This document shows positions 1 to 10,676 of a DNA stretch of 64,000 bases, piece after piece; the stretch's first letter is position 1; each line of letters starts with the position of its first letter. Position numbers and translations under genes: made by a program. The notes under the pieces were generated by a model that was not told the origin of the DNA, ran no database searches, and saw only the letters and a program-made list of their open reading frames with translations. The DNA is from Guillardia theta CCMP2712 (Eukaryota; Protista; Cryptophyta). The DNA is taken from the NCBI RefSeq assembly GCF_000315625.1, contig NW_005434650.1, positions 276,005 through 340,004 on the forward strand, read 5' to 3'.

Positions 1-2657
1 AGGAGGAGACGAGAGAGAAGGGGAGGAGGGACGGGGGAGGGAGGGGGGGTCCGTGGCTGTGTTGAGAAGTTTCTGTAGATTCCAAGGAAGAAACTTTGGT
101 AACCCCGAGGAAGGAGAAAACGCTGGAGGCTCGCAGAATCCCAAAGAAAATCATGGAGACGAATCAAGTCAACCTGCCCTTCCTCCTGCTCCTCCTGCTC
201 CTCCTGCTCCTCCTGCTCCTCCTGCTCCTCCTGCTGAAGTAGGTGAAGGAGAGGGCGATAAGGAGGAGCAAGAAGGAGCAGGAGCAGGACACACATCTGC
301 CCGTTTATCTTCACCTGTGCCAGGTAGTTCTCTTTGACGGAGGACGCATTTATCATTAGACTGGCAGATGGAGAAGGAGGAGGCGGAGGAGGAGGAAAAG
401 GAAAGAAATCCTCTTGGTTCTCCTGGTTTCCCTTCAGACGGTCTGAACATTCCGAGCTCCAAGAATTCTCATAGTGATGGAATGGCAGCAGGAAGGGAGC
501 GGAGGAGCCAGCAGCTCAGCGGAAGGAGGAGGAGGAGAAGAAGAAAAAGAGGAGGAGGAGGAGAACGAAGAGGAGCAGAAAGTTGGATCCTCGGACGCTC
601 CTGGTTCCACACCCATCCTGCCTTTCCCTGAGCCGAAGGAGAAGGCCGAGGAGGGGGGAGGTGCTGCTGCTGGGAGGCAGCTGGACACACACAGAAGCGG
701 GAGGTCGGAGACGTCGGCAGGAAGTTTTCGCTCCTCAGCTCGTCTACTCGGTGATGTTCCTTTCCCATGCTCTCCTCTCCTGTCGCTGATGAAGCTACTC
801 CTTCGGAAGGTCCTCGTCGAGAGGAGGAGGAGGAAGAAGAGGAGGAAGAGGAAGAGGAAGATGAAGAGGAAGAAGGAAAAGGAGAAGGTTTTGTCAGATT
901 GTCATCTCGATTCCATGACGATTTCTTGCTGGGTCTTCAGGTCCTATTTCTCAAGGTCCGGCCGGTCATGAGAGTGAAGGAGAAATCGGAGGTCAGCAGG
1001 AGGTAGACAAGAAGAAGAAGAAGAAGATGAAGAAGAAGAAGGTGACAATAATGATCTATTTCTCCTTTCCTCCTCTCCTCCATCTCTGCCTCGTCTGCCT
1101 CTTCCTGCTCAACCTGCTTGCTGCTGCTGCTGCTGCTGCCGCTGTCTCTTGCTCCTCGTCTTCCTTTCTCTCCTCACCATCTTCACAGCCCAAGTCGGCT
1201 GCCAGGGTTCAAGCAGAGCATCTTCGGGCCGAGTGTGTCGATCGATCCATTCAGAAGGCAATGTCCCTCCTCTCCTTCTTCTTCGTACAGGTACTGTTCC
1301 CCCTTTCCCTCCCTTCCACCCCATCTACGAAACTGCCCACTCCCCTCTCCTCCTCCTCCTCCTCCTCCTCCTCCATCTTCCAGTCCCTGTTCTTGGCTTT
1401 CTTCCCTTCCGTTTCTCGCTCTTCTCCTCGCAATTCCGTCCCCGTTCATCCTTACTTGCTCGCTGCTCCTCGTTTCCTGCTCCTGCTCCTCTACTCCACA
1501 TCTCACTCGCTGCTCCAGTCGACCTTGCGGTTCGTAGAAATCTTCAATTGCGTCCGGTGGAATGAAAACTTCAGCACGCTGGTCGCGAACCCTCAGGTCT
1601 ACTTTCTCTCCTCCTCAAGTCGATTCTTGATGGTCAACAGATGTCCTGTGGTAGCCTCGTCCTCTCAACAAGCAGGTCACTCCTTCAAGACACTGCCCTG
1701 CTCCTCCCTTGTTGCCTCTTGCTTCTTCCTACGCTCTTACTCCTCTCCTCCTTCTCTCGTCCTCATTCTTCCTTCCGTCCTCATCCTTTGTTTTCGCTCT
1801 CCCTCCTCCTCATTGCTTCTCTCAGCATCGCCGATACAGCCAACTCCACTCAGCAAGCGGCGGTGAGCGGAGGAGCTAGCGGGAGGCCAACAGAAGGAGT
1901 GAGGCCGCCAGGTGAAGGAAGATCGAGGACTGGGAAGAGGCGAAGTATTCCACAAAGGACAAGACGAGCAGAGTCGAGGACGAGGAGGAGAGGAGATTGG
2001 GAGGGAGAGGGAGAGGGAGAGGGGGAGGGAGAGGGAGAGGGAGAGGGAGAGGGAGAGGGAGAGGAGGGAGGAGGGAGGAGGGAGGAGGGAGGAGGGAGGG
2101 AGAGGGAGAGGGAGAGGGAGAGGGAGAGGGAGAGGGAGGGGGGAGGGAACAGGTGGAGGAGGGGAGAGTCTCACAATTGTCAGGGGCGATCGCGGCGGCT
2201 GTGCTCTTCTATCTCCCTCATCTCTTCATTGTGTGGATCCTCGTCAACAGCTACATTGCCTTCCGCTTGCGCAGGTAGATTAGGGGGGGCGGTGAGGAGG
2301 AGGAGGAGGAGGAGGAGGAGGAAGAAGAAGAGAGGGGAGGAAAGGGGCGAGGGGAGTGGGGGAGGGGAGGAGGTCTGACGGGGGTGGCAGGGGGTCAAGG
2401 TCCGTTGAGGACCTAGGGGAGAGGTTTTCTCGTAAATTCCGGGTGAGAGGAGGGGAGGGAGGTGAACGAGTTGTGATTTGACAACCAGCCGGTCGTGAAG
2501 CCCTTCGAGAGAGGATGGTGGTGGTGGAATGCGGTGGTGACGTTGCGAAAGGTGATGGGATGAGGGAAGAAGAGTCGAGGAGGTCCAGACGAGGAGGCAG
2601 ATCAGGATCGGGATCAGGAGCAGCAGCAGTAGTAGCAACAGGAGGAGGAGCAGGAGG

Positions 2658-2699
<42 letters not shown>

Positions 2700-5521
2700 G
2701 GTAGGAGCGGCGGCAACAGCAGCGGCAGCAGGAGCAGCAGGAGAGTGTTCTGGTTCCGTTCGTTCTGATCGCACTGTGCAGCTCATTCTCACCTTCACTC
2801 TCTTCATCGCATCTCAGCCCTACACGCAGAGTCTGGTGAGTCAGTCTTGATCCTGCACCGTCAGTCCGTCTGATTGACCAGCAGGTGTATTTGATATGCT
2901 GCGCAACCTACAGCCTCCTGGTCATCGCCAACAGGCCTTACAAGCAGGTGGCTGCAACTACTTCCCCCTCTCAGCTCAGCTCAGCTCAGCTCTGCTCTGC
3001 TCTGCTCTGCTCCGCTCTGCTCTGCTATGCTCTGCTCTTCCCTTCTGTCTCTCCCCCTCTCAGCGTCATTATCTTGCAGGAGAGATGTAACATGACGGAC
3101 TCGTGGGGACAAGTGATTCAGCTCCTCTCCCCCCTCAAGTCTGATGACGTCAGCAGCTGCTCAACATCTCCATCCTCCTCATTGGGATGCTGAACCCCCT
3201 GGACATCACTCAGGTCCTCCTCCCCCCCCCTCCTCTCCTGGCTCCTCCTCCTCTCCTGGCTCCTCCCTTGGCTCCTCCTCCTCCCCCTCCTCTTCCAGCT
3301 CTTCCTCCTCTCCTGGCTTCTCTCCTGGTTCCTCCTCCTCCTCCTCCTCCTCTCTCTACTCCTCCTCACTCTTCTTCACACGTCCGTCCCATGTTCCGCT
3401 CTCTCTCCCAACCTTGTCTCATCTATCGCACCTCCTGCCAGGCTGATCACAAGACCTTGTCGCTCCCGTACGATCGTCTCGTCGAGTTGATCAGTATCTC
3501 CATCAGCTCTTCCTCCCTCCTCCTGACGCCCCTGCAGGTGCCGTCGGCTTTCTCCTCGCTTTCTACCTCCTCTCCTCCAACATCAAGGCAGACTTTCTGG
3601 AGCTGCAGGTCCCGCAAGCTTGTTTGTGAAGCTGCAAGTGGTTGAAGAGGAACCAGGTCATGGCCCCTTGGTGGTTCAAACTCCTCGTCCTCCCCCTCCG
3701 CATAGTCCACGGTGAACTTGAGAAGCCCTGCCTGCCTCTCCTCATCTTCATACTTGAGGTTTCGTCTCCAAGACCGTATTCCCCTTGTTCAGGCTCCTTG
3801 GCCTCCTGCTCACACAGCTAGGTCGACCAGACCTTCCTTCCTCTCCTCATCTTCTGACGTCTCCTCTTCCTCTCCTCTTCCTCCTCTGCCTGCCTGCTGC
3901 AGCTTCTCGGATTCTCAAGCTTTTCTCCGCGTCTGCAAAGAAAATGGGGCAAGGACGATCAGTTCCTAAGGTAAAACCTCGTCCTGGTCGTCCTTGTGCT
4001 GGTTGTCCTCGTCCTTGTCCTCGTCCTTTCCTCGTCTCTCCACCCATCATTCTCATTCATCTCTACCCGTCTCTCCCCCAACCCCCCCAATTCTTCTTAT
4101 CCTCATCTCCCGCCTCTCCCGCCTGCTCCTCCTCTGAGTAGCAGCAGGTTCATCCAACTTCTCCCCACCAGGTCGAACGGCCCAAAACGCCGCCGACGCC
4201 TCCTGGCATGGCCTCCTGGACCCGAGACAAGGTGAGGACGAGGCAGGGGCGCAGCTGCAAGACGAAGGGAAGAGAGCACGTGATAGTGGACGAGGAGTGG
4301 AAGAGAAGAGGAGGGACTGAAAGACAAAGGAGGAGGAGGATGGGGAGGGGGAGGAGGAGGATAGAGAGGAGGAGGAAGCGGAGGAAGCGGAGGAAGCGGA
4401 GGAGGGAGGAGGAGGAATGGGAGGAGGGAGGAGGGAGGAGGGAGGAGGGAGGAAGAGGAGCAGGCCCTGAGCAAGAGGAGGAGCAGGACGGCGAGAAAGG
4501 GAGAATGAATTTTTTCGATGTTCACTCGCTGTTTTCAGTTCACCATTCGGCGACGATTGTACGAGCTCGAGCGAACTTTGTATGAGGAGTACCTCTACGA
4601 CCACAAGTCCCCGAAGCTCCCGTGAGTGTTGCAAGGGCAGGCGGGCTGTTGCGGCTGCCGCTGCCTGCTATTGTAGAGCTGGGGAGGAAGCTGACGAGGG
4701 TCTGGATGCCTCAGGGCACTTGAGTCGGAGATTCGCGAAGTGCTCAATGCAAGTCGTGAACTCTTGATACGCGAGCAGGAGCAAGTGAGTCCTGGGAGGG
4801 GCAGAGAGAGGACGATGGAGGGAGTGAAGGAGGGAGGGAGAATGGGGCAGTGAGCGAAGGAGTGAGCGATGGTGGGAGGCAGAAAGGGAATGCGAATGTT
4901 TTCTCGATGACAACAAGCAGGCATTTGACGACAAGTACGACCACGAGACTATCGTAGAGGTGAACGATTTCACCTTCCTTTCCTCAGTTTTATACGTGGG
5001 GGAAGGTGTTAGCCATGGATATCGAGGAGGCGCAAAAAGAACTCCAGGTCGGGGATGGAGCGTCTTGTTTCTCCTCCTCTTGACCCTCCTTGTGGCACAG
5101 GAGAAGTTGCACGAGCTGGCGACGCAGAGGACGAAGAATTCCCTGCTGGAAGCTCAACTGGTGCGGCGCTGTGATGACTGCCAGGGAGATTGACGCACGT
5201 CTTGAAGGCTATCAGCGTCAAGAAGCAAGAAACGCCCCCGAACATCTTGGTAACTTGGAGAGGCTTCGAGCTTGGGAGACTGACACACTTGAAACACCAA
5301 GACGTCCCAAGAGCAGCTGCGAGGGGTCTACAGTCAATCCAAAGAGGAGATCCAGGTAACGACACGACGCCAAGTTCTGCGATGATACTGACTATTGATG
5401 CTCCTGACAGGATCTGGAGGATGACCTTCTGGTGACTTGTTTGAGGAGTTGTGGAGGAGGTGATTCCTGTCTTGACTCGCAGGAATTGGAAATGAAGTTG
5501 ATCGAGCTGGAGAAAGAATAG
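1..5521 (+). CDS. Large multi-exon multi-pass membrane protein (5' end outside window); TRP-C/protist 7TM-like domain followed by coiled-coil tail
   Basis: Exon fragments TLRFVEIFNCVRWNENFSTLVANPQ, AIAAAVLFYLPHLFIVWILVNSYIAF, VKPFERGWWWWNAVVTLRK, VQLILTFTLFIASQPY, VYLICCATYSLLVIANRPYK, separated by GT-AG introns full of microsatellites; last exons DLEDDLL|ELEMKLIELEKE* (TAG 5519-5521). Confidence 0.6.
182..235. repeat. (CCTCCTGCT)6 minisatellite
   Basis: Direct reading. Confidence 0.9.
2000..2140. repeat. (GAGAGG)n/(GGAG)n purine tract, intronic
   Basis: Direct reading. Confidence 0.85.
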
Positions 5522-5542
5522 CGAGATGATGACATGAGATTA

Positions 5543-7224
5543 TCAAGAACGCGGCGCCGTTAGGAGGACGGGGAGAAAAGGGCTTCTAAGTGACTCAACA
5601 CTCTGTAGAACACATGTTATTTGTAAAAGTTGAATGTTATGATTGAAAATTCGTTATCACCTTGCCTCTCAGGAGTGCATCGTTGTCCATGACACAGATG
5701 TTCCGATCTCGGAACTGCAGGACGTCAAACAGTCTTGAAGGCTTGTCAGGTTGATGCACAAACCTGCTTCACGACGTGGGTTTCCAACAAATTCTGCCAC
5801 AGTTCCAAAAATCGTCCGACCAAGGCTGATGGAGCCTCCAACACCTGAATAGCCTTCAGCTGGAGAATCACAGACAACGGTTGGAAACCTTGGGGTGACA
5901 AGCTTGAAGCTTGGTCGACATGCGATGCAGTACCGTTCCCCGACAAATGTCAAGCAAAAGGAGGTGCCCGAACATCACATGGGAAAACTGAGAGCCTTGA
6001 CAACCCTACCCCCGCCTGAAGGTCAATGACATGTCGAACCGCAGAGGCAATCCACCTCAAGAACTGCCACAATGCCTATTGCAGCGAAACCTCCAGCAGA
6101 ACAATCCTTGAAGCAACCAGCTTTGAACTCCTGCTGTCTAAACTCTTCGAGTCCTTGCTTTCCCTGAGACATGAACGGGAACCGACATAAATTTTCGCTG
6201 CCCTGCGTCTCGACCAGCCGGAGATCGTAGTCAGCAAGGCAGTAGATTCCTTGAGGCATCTGGTGAGACTCTTTGAAATGATCCAACAATTGAGATAGGT
6301 ACTGTTCAGCATCAAAGCATGCCTGCATGACTAGATCAACAGCAATTAATCAACAAACGAAAGTGGAACCTGTACGGTTTTCAAGTCTCGGCAATCGAGA
6401 CTTTCACCATGTACATCTCGCTTCTCAAGACGAACTTCGATCTCATGCTGATCTCCGAAGGACAGGTGGGTCGGAACACCGAAAGCATGTGAGATCGTGA
6501 TGATTCGAATTGAGTCGCCTGTGTTCACTACAAGTGACACAGGCAGTTTCCTATCTGGTCTAAACCCAGGCGCTACAATACATTTCTTGCAGTGTATAGG
6601 AGGAAAGGGAGGCCTGACCAAGAACGTAGTATGGAGAACAATCATGCATTCTTGTGTTGGGCCTGACATGGTTGAATCGTGACCGACTACCAGGGTCACT
6701 GAGAATCTTCGAGAAGCTTGAAGCTCCTGATCGAGCTCATGCTGACTTCCCGATCCAACCACAACAAGTAGAGAGGGTGAGGCATACTCAGCCATCGAGA
6801 TACTCGCTGGCACACAGTCAAAAAGCTCGGTGGCCCCAAAATTGGAACCCTCGGGGCATCGGAACAGGGGTATAGCAGCCGCACACTCTAGCTGGAAGGG
6901 GGGGTTGAAGCGCCAGATCTCTGCTATGTAGCCACAGTCGTTTAACTGAGATTCTTCTCTCCCCTCAACCAACTGCCTCCTGGAGTAGCCAAAGAGATAA
7001 TTGCCATCGATCGAGAAACCCAGGATCACAGACTTAGATGCTGGGTGATCAAGGCCCACTAGGTCGTCTAAACTATATCTCAGGCGATCTTTGCCAGCGA
7101 ACGATTTCCTCGCTCTGGAGGCAAACCAGGAAGACTGCTCTCTTGCCCGCAAGGCAAGCAGCATGTCATCCGGTGACCGCCGTTTTCTCTTGTTGATAGA
7201 TTCTCCTTGCTGAGGATGTTCCAT
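5543..7224 (-). CDS. DCAF15: DCAF15-like CRL4 substrate receptor (multi-exon)
   Basis: N-terminal YSLDDLV..VILGFSIDGNYLFGYS..AEIWRFN..IPLF, middle FDAEQYL..LADYDLRLVE and spliced C-terminus MDNDALLRGK|SVESLRSPFLPVLL all parallel DCAF15 segments as I recall them. Confidence 0.7.
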
Positions 7225-7724
7225 GATTTCACTCAAGCTCTCCTAGTCCCGCTAAGGGAAGTTCCCTCCAGTGCCCTTCAATGCACCCGCATCTTGAGAA
7301 AGCATCCGTCGCGGAGCCTGCGTCACGTGCCCATGAGGTCGCGCTCGCAGACCCACAAACCTGCTGCCATTTCCCGCCATTTCCCATATCAATTCGGACA
7401 ACAAGTTGACCAACAAACTAAAATCCCCTCCAATGTTTCAAATTTTATTGAGTTCTGTTTGAGATTTTCTCCAATATTGGGTCAAGCCCACCTCGGTTTC
7501 AATTGTTTAATCAAATTTCAATTTTCAATATAAAATTTGAAAATTCAAGATATAATTTCAAACTAATGCTTGATGACGACGGCCTCATATTTTTGGGGAT
7601 ATTGTTTCAATCGTCTACAGGACGTTTCAATAGTGACGGAACAAATTACAAATCTACTTCCAAAAAATCCTGACAACATGCACGCTTCGGATCGGACTGT
7701 GAGGACGGCTGGGTACGAGAAGAA

Positions 7725-7785
7725 GTGAGTGAGTGAGTGAGTGAGTGAGTGAGTGAGTGAGTGAGTGAGTGAGTGAGTGAGTGAG
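7725..7785. repeat. (GTGA)n microsatellite, about 15 units
   Basis: Direct reading. Confidence 0.95.
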
Positions 7786-7880
7786 GCAGGCAGGAATCGC
7801 TCCAAGGGCTCATCAACACCATCTTCCAAGTCTGATAGTTAACAGCACCCGTAGCTTGCTCGCTGAAGAAAGTGCTGAGG

Positions 7881-10364
7881 ATGACGGATCGTTCGACTTC
7901 TCCCCGGGAAGATATGGCGTGGTTTCTGCGAACAGCGGGTGTCCTGACATTGGTGTCTATGGCGATTTATTTTTTGGTGGACTTGGTTTTTACGAGAATG
8001 TTTGATGTGAAGGTTAATTCTATCTACAGCGAGTTTGACAGAGGACTCGAATTAGATTTCCTTGGTATTTTGTCTTCAGTAATTTGTTACCATTCCTTGG
8101 TATTGAAAGACAACAATGAATTGTTCATGTACACGTCAGGCGGGATGTCTTATTCTTGGATGGTCCTAAGAAGCACATCGATTCAGCTCTCCTCACCTTC
8201 AGAGACTCAATTTATGAACAAAGTGATAGAAACCTGCTTTCAGGTGGATGTTGCTCTCTTCGCCATCCTTTTCTGTTGGGCGCTGCGTCAAGCCTTTGTT
8301 ATCTACACCTCCAAGAACCACAAACAGATTGCCGAGCACCATTTGCGTTTGCTTCATATATCTCATTCAGCCTCAGAATGGTTTCTTGCCGTGGTGGTCC
8401 TCTTAGTGCTTGCCTGCTTGCTGGGTAAGGCTCTGCGGCCAAGCTTGCATGTGAGTCGCCAAGACTTGTCAGGCAAGACTGCACTCGTCATCGAAGGATG
8501 TCAGGGCAACGCGTTCCTACACGCTCAAGCGCTGGCATCTTGGAAGGCTGAAGTTGTGATAACTTGCCATGACAAGTCGAAAGGGGATGAGGCCGTGGCA
8601 GCATTGCGGAAGGCAACTAACAGTGGGTCGATTGCATCGTTTCAGGTCGATCTGACTGACATCGAAGATGTCCTTCAGTTCACGGAGAGATGGATCTCTA
8701 GCGACAAGAAGTTGCACATTCTCATTCACGGCAACTTACAGCCTTGCATCTCTAGTGACGGGGCGGACTTTCCGGTCTTGTCTGACCCTCGGGATGCGGA
8801 GTCATTTTTCACCAGGAGTTACCTAGCTTCTCACATAATTGATGAGCGTCTACTTGACGTCTTGGAAAGAAGCAGACCTTCTCGAATCATTCACTTTGTG
8901 GATGATTGCTACAAGAGCGGAGTTTTTAAGGTGGACCTTGATTTGTTCGAATACTTGAAGAATCCGGCGGGAGTTTCTCGTCTTTGGTCCCTAGATGCTT
9001 GCAAAGGTCTTAGAGGAGATTCACACCTGATGGTGATGATGCACAGCTTCAGGCTGGCGAGAAGCTCGAAGAGTAGCGGAGTTGCAACCCTGATCGTCAT
9101 GAATGAGGCGAATTGCGACATCATTTCGAGCTCCCCTTTGGCTGACCTTCTGCACGGGGCCTTTGAAAATGTTGTGAACAACTTCGTCGCAAGTTTTGGG
9201 AAAGTCTGGCTGATGCGAAAGGAGAGAATACAAGCTCAACTGCATGCGAGCGTGTCCCCGCTGCTGCACAACGTGTCAGGTCTGATTTTCACTGCCCAAA
9301 GGGCACCGTTTGAAGGATGCATGCACTGTGCTGATGGGCTCTTTCATCGTTGTCATCAATCAAGATTGCTACGAGTCTTGTGCGGAACTACAAGACCGTT
9401 GGGCGATCAGGCGATGGACATCGATCTGCAGGAAACTCTGCATCAGCACACGGAAGAATGGAAGACAATCATCGGTCAGAGACAAATGGAAGCAAAGAAG
9501 CAAAAAACGAGAGAACTAGAAGAAACCAAGAAGATAGAGCAAGCGAAAGCGAAGATAAGAGAGGAAGAGGAGGCAGCGAGGAGGGCAGCGGAGGAGGCGG
9601 AGGCAGAGCGGAGGGCAGCGGAGGAGGCGGAGGCAGCGCGGAGGGCAGCGGAGGAGGCGGAGGCAGCGAGGAGGGCAGCGGAGGAGGCGGAGGCAGAGCG
9701 GAGGGCAGCGGAGGAGGCGGAGGCAGAGCGGAGGGCAGCGGAGGAGGCGGAGGCAGCGCGGAGGGCAGCGGAGGAGGCGGAGGCAGCGAGGAGGGCAGCG
9801 GAGGAGGCGGAGGCAGAGCGGAGGGCAGCGGAGGAGGCGGAGGCAGCGAGGAGGGCAGCGGAGGAGGCGGAGGCAGAGCGGAGGGCAGCGGAGGAGCAGG
9901 TTCATAGAGCCGAAGATGAGGAGGCATTGCGAAAGGCTAGGGACAAGGCAGCGGGTGGGGGAGAGGAGGACGAGGACGAGTGGCTAGCAGTGGAGGCAGA
10001 GGCAGAGCGGAGGGCAGCAGCAGCTGAGGCAGCGAGGAGGGCGAGGTTGGAGGCAGCGAGGAGGGGAGCTGCTGGAGATGAAGAGGAGGAACGTCGTCGT
10101 ACAGTGGGATCTAGAGACTCGGTGAGGGACACCATGTTGCATCTTTCCAGTCGGCTGTCTGACAAGGTCCCTCGCAGGATTCCGAGCTCTGATTGGCCTG
10201 TTACTGAGCTGAGCTACGTTGCGCTGGGCCCGGCGGGCCGAAGGCTTGAAGTTCACTTGAAAGGGCACAGTCCCGGCCCGGGGCCCCGGCCGGCGTCACG
10301 CAGTGGACACTCGGACTTAACTACTGGATCTGAACTCGTCCGGTCAAAATTCAAATATCAATAA
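7881..10364 (+). CDS. Membrane protein with degenerate retinol-dehydrogenase-type SDR domain and E/R/A-rich repeat tail
   Basis: 830-codon ORF; several hydrophobic helices, then LSGKTALVIEG..EVVITCHDKSKGDEAVAAL..FQVDLTDIEDV..LHILIH..RPSRIIHF. True 3' end may be spliced earlier. Confidence 0.7.
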   Translation: MTDRSTSPREDMAWFLRTAGVLTLVSMAIYFLVDLVFTRMFDVKVNSIYSEFDRGLELDFLGILSSVICYHSLVLKDNNELFMYTSGGMSYSWMVLRSTSIQLSSPSETQFMNKVIETCFQVDVALFAILFCWALRQAFVIYTSKNHKQIAEHHLRLLHISHSASEWFLAVVVLLVLACLLGKALRPSLHVSRQDLSGKTALVIEGCQGNAFLHAQALASWKAEVVITCHDKSKGDEAVAALRKATNSGSIASFQVDLTDIEDVLQFTERWISSDKKLHILIHGNLQPCISSDGADFPVLSDPRDAESFFTRSYLASHIIDERLLDVLERSRPSRIIHFVDDCYKSGVFKVDLDLFEYLKNPAGVSRLWSLDACKGLRGDSHLMVMMHSFRLARSSKSSGVATLIVMNEANCDIISSSPLADLLHGAFENVVNNFVASFGKVWLMRKERIQAQLHASVSPLLHNVSGLIFTAQRAPFEGCMHCADGLFHRCHQSRLLRVLCGTTRPLGDQAMDIDLQETLHQHTEEWKTIIGQRQMEAKKQKTRELEETKKIEQAKAKIREEEEAARRAAEEAEAERRAAEEAEAARRAAEEAEAARRAAEEAEAERRAAEEAEAERRAAEEAEAARRAAEEAEAARRAAEEAEAERRAAEEAEAARRAAEEAEAERRAAEEQVHRAEDEEALRKARDKAAGGGEEDEDEWLAVEAEAERRAAAAEAARRARLEAARRGAAGDEEEERRRTVGSRDSVRDTMLHLSSRLSDKVPRRIPSSDWPVTELSYVALGPAGRRLEVHLKGHSPGPGPRPASRSGHSDLTTGSELVRSKFKYQ
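9571..9900 (+). repeat. 11 x 30-nt coding tandem repeat encoding EA[AE]RRAAEEA
   Basis: Units AGGCAG(CGAG/AGCG/CGCG)GAGGGCAGCGGAGGAGGCGG in exact 30-nt register. Confidence 0.95.
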
Positions 10365-10676
10365 AGATATTTCAAAGTGGTCTGGGTATCACTGAGGGTC
10401 TGGTAGGAAAGTTTCACCCTATGTTCCACGAAAAAGTTGTAAGCGGGCTGGTACTAATCGACTGGGAAGTCACCGTGTGACTCGCCCTCATAATCTCTAC
10501 AAAGTGTACAAATAAATACTTTATATATTTATTTAAAACTCAAAAATAGTACAGCCGTGTTTAAAATAGTTGTACTCGAGATCTTACTAGTGGCGGCAAG
10601 ACGCGGGCACATGGCAATGGCACATGTCGGCGTGAGGGACTGGAGGAGATGAAGAGCAAGTGAGGGTAAGGAAGAG

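Noticed and set aside
53-4634. Many overlapping ORFs rich in Leu/Ser/Pro/Glu/Gly/Arg
   Set aside because: Stop-free frames generated by microsatellites; not independent genes.
9571-9900. CRISPR-like regular 30-nt periodicity
   Set aside because: No unique spacers; contiguous in-frame coding repeat in a eukaryotic gene.
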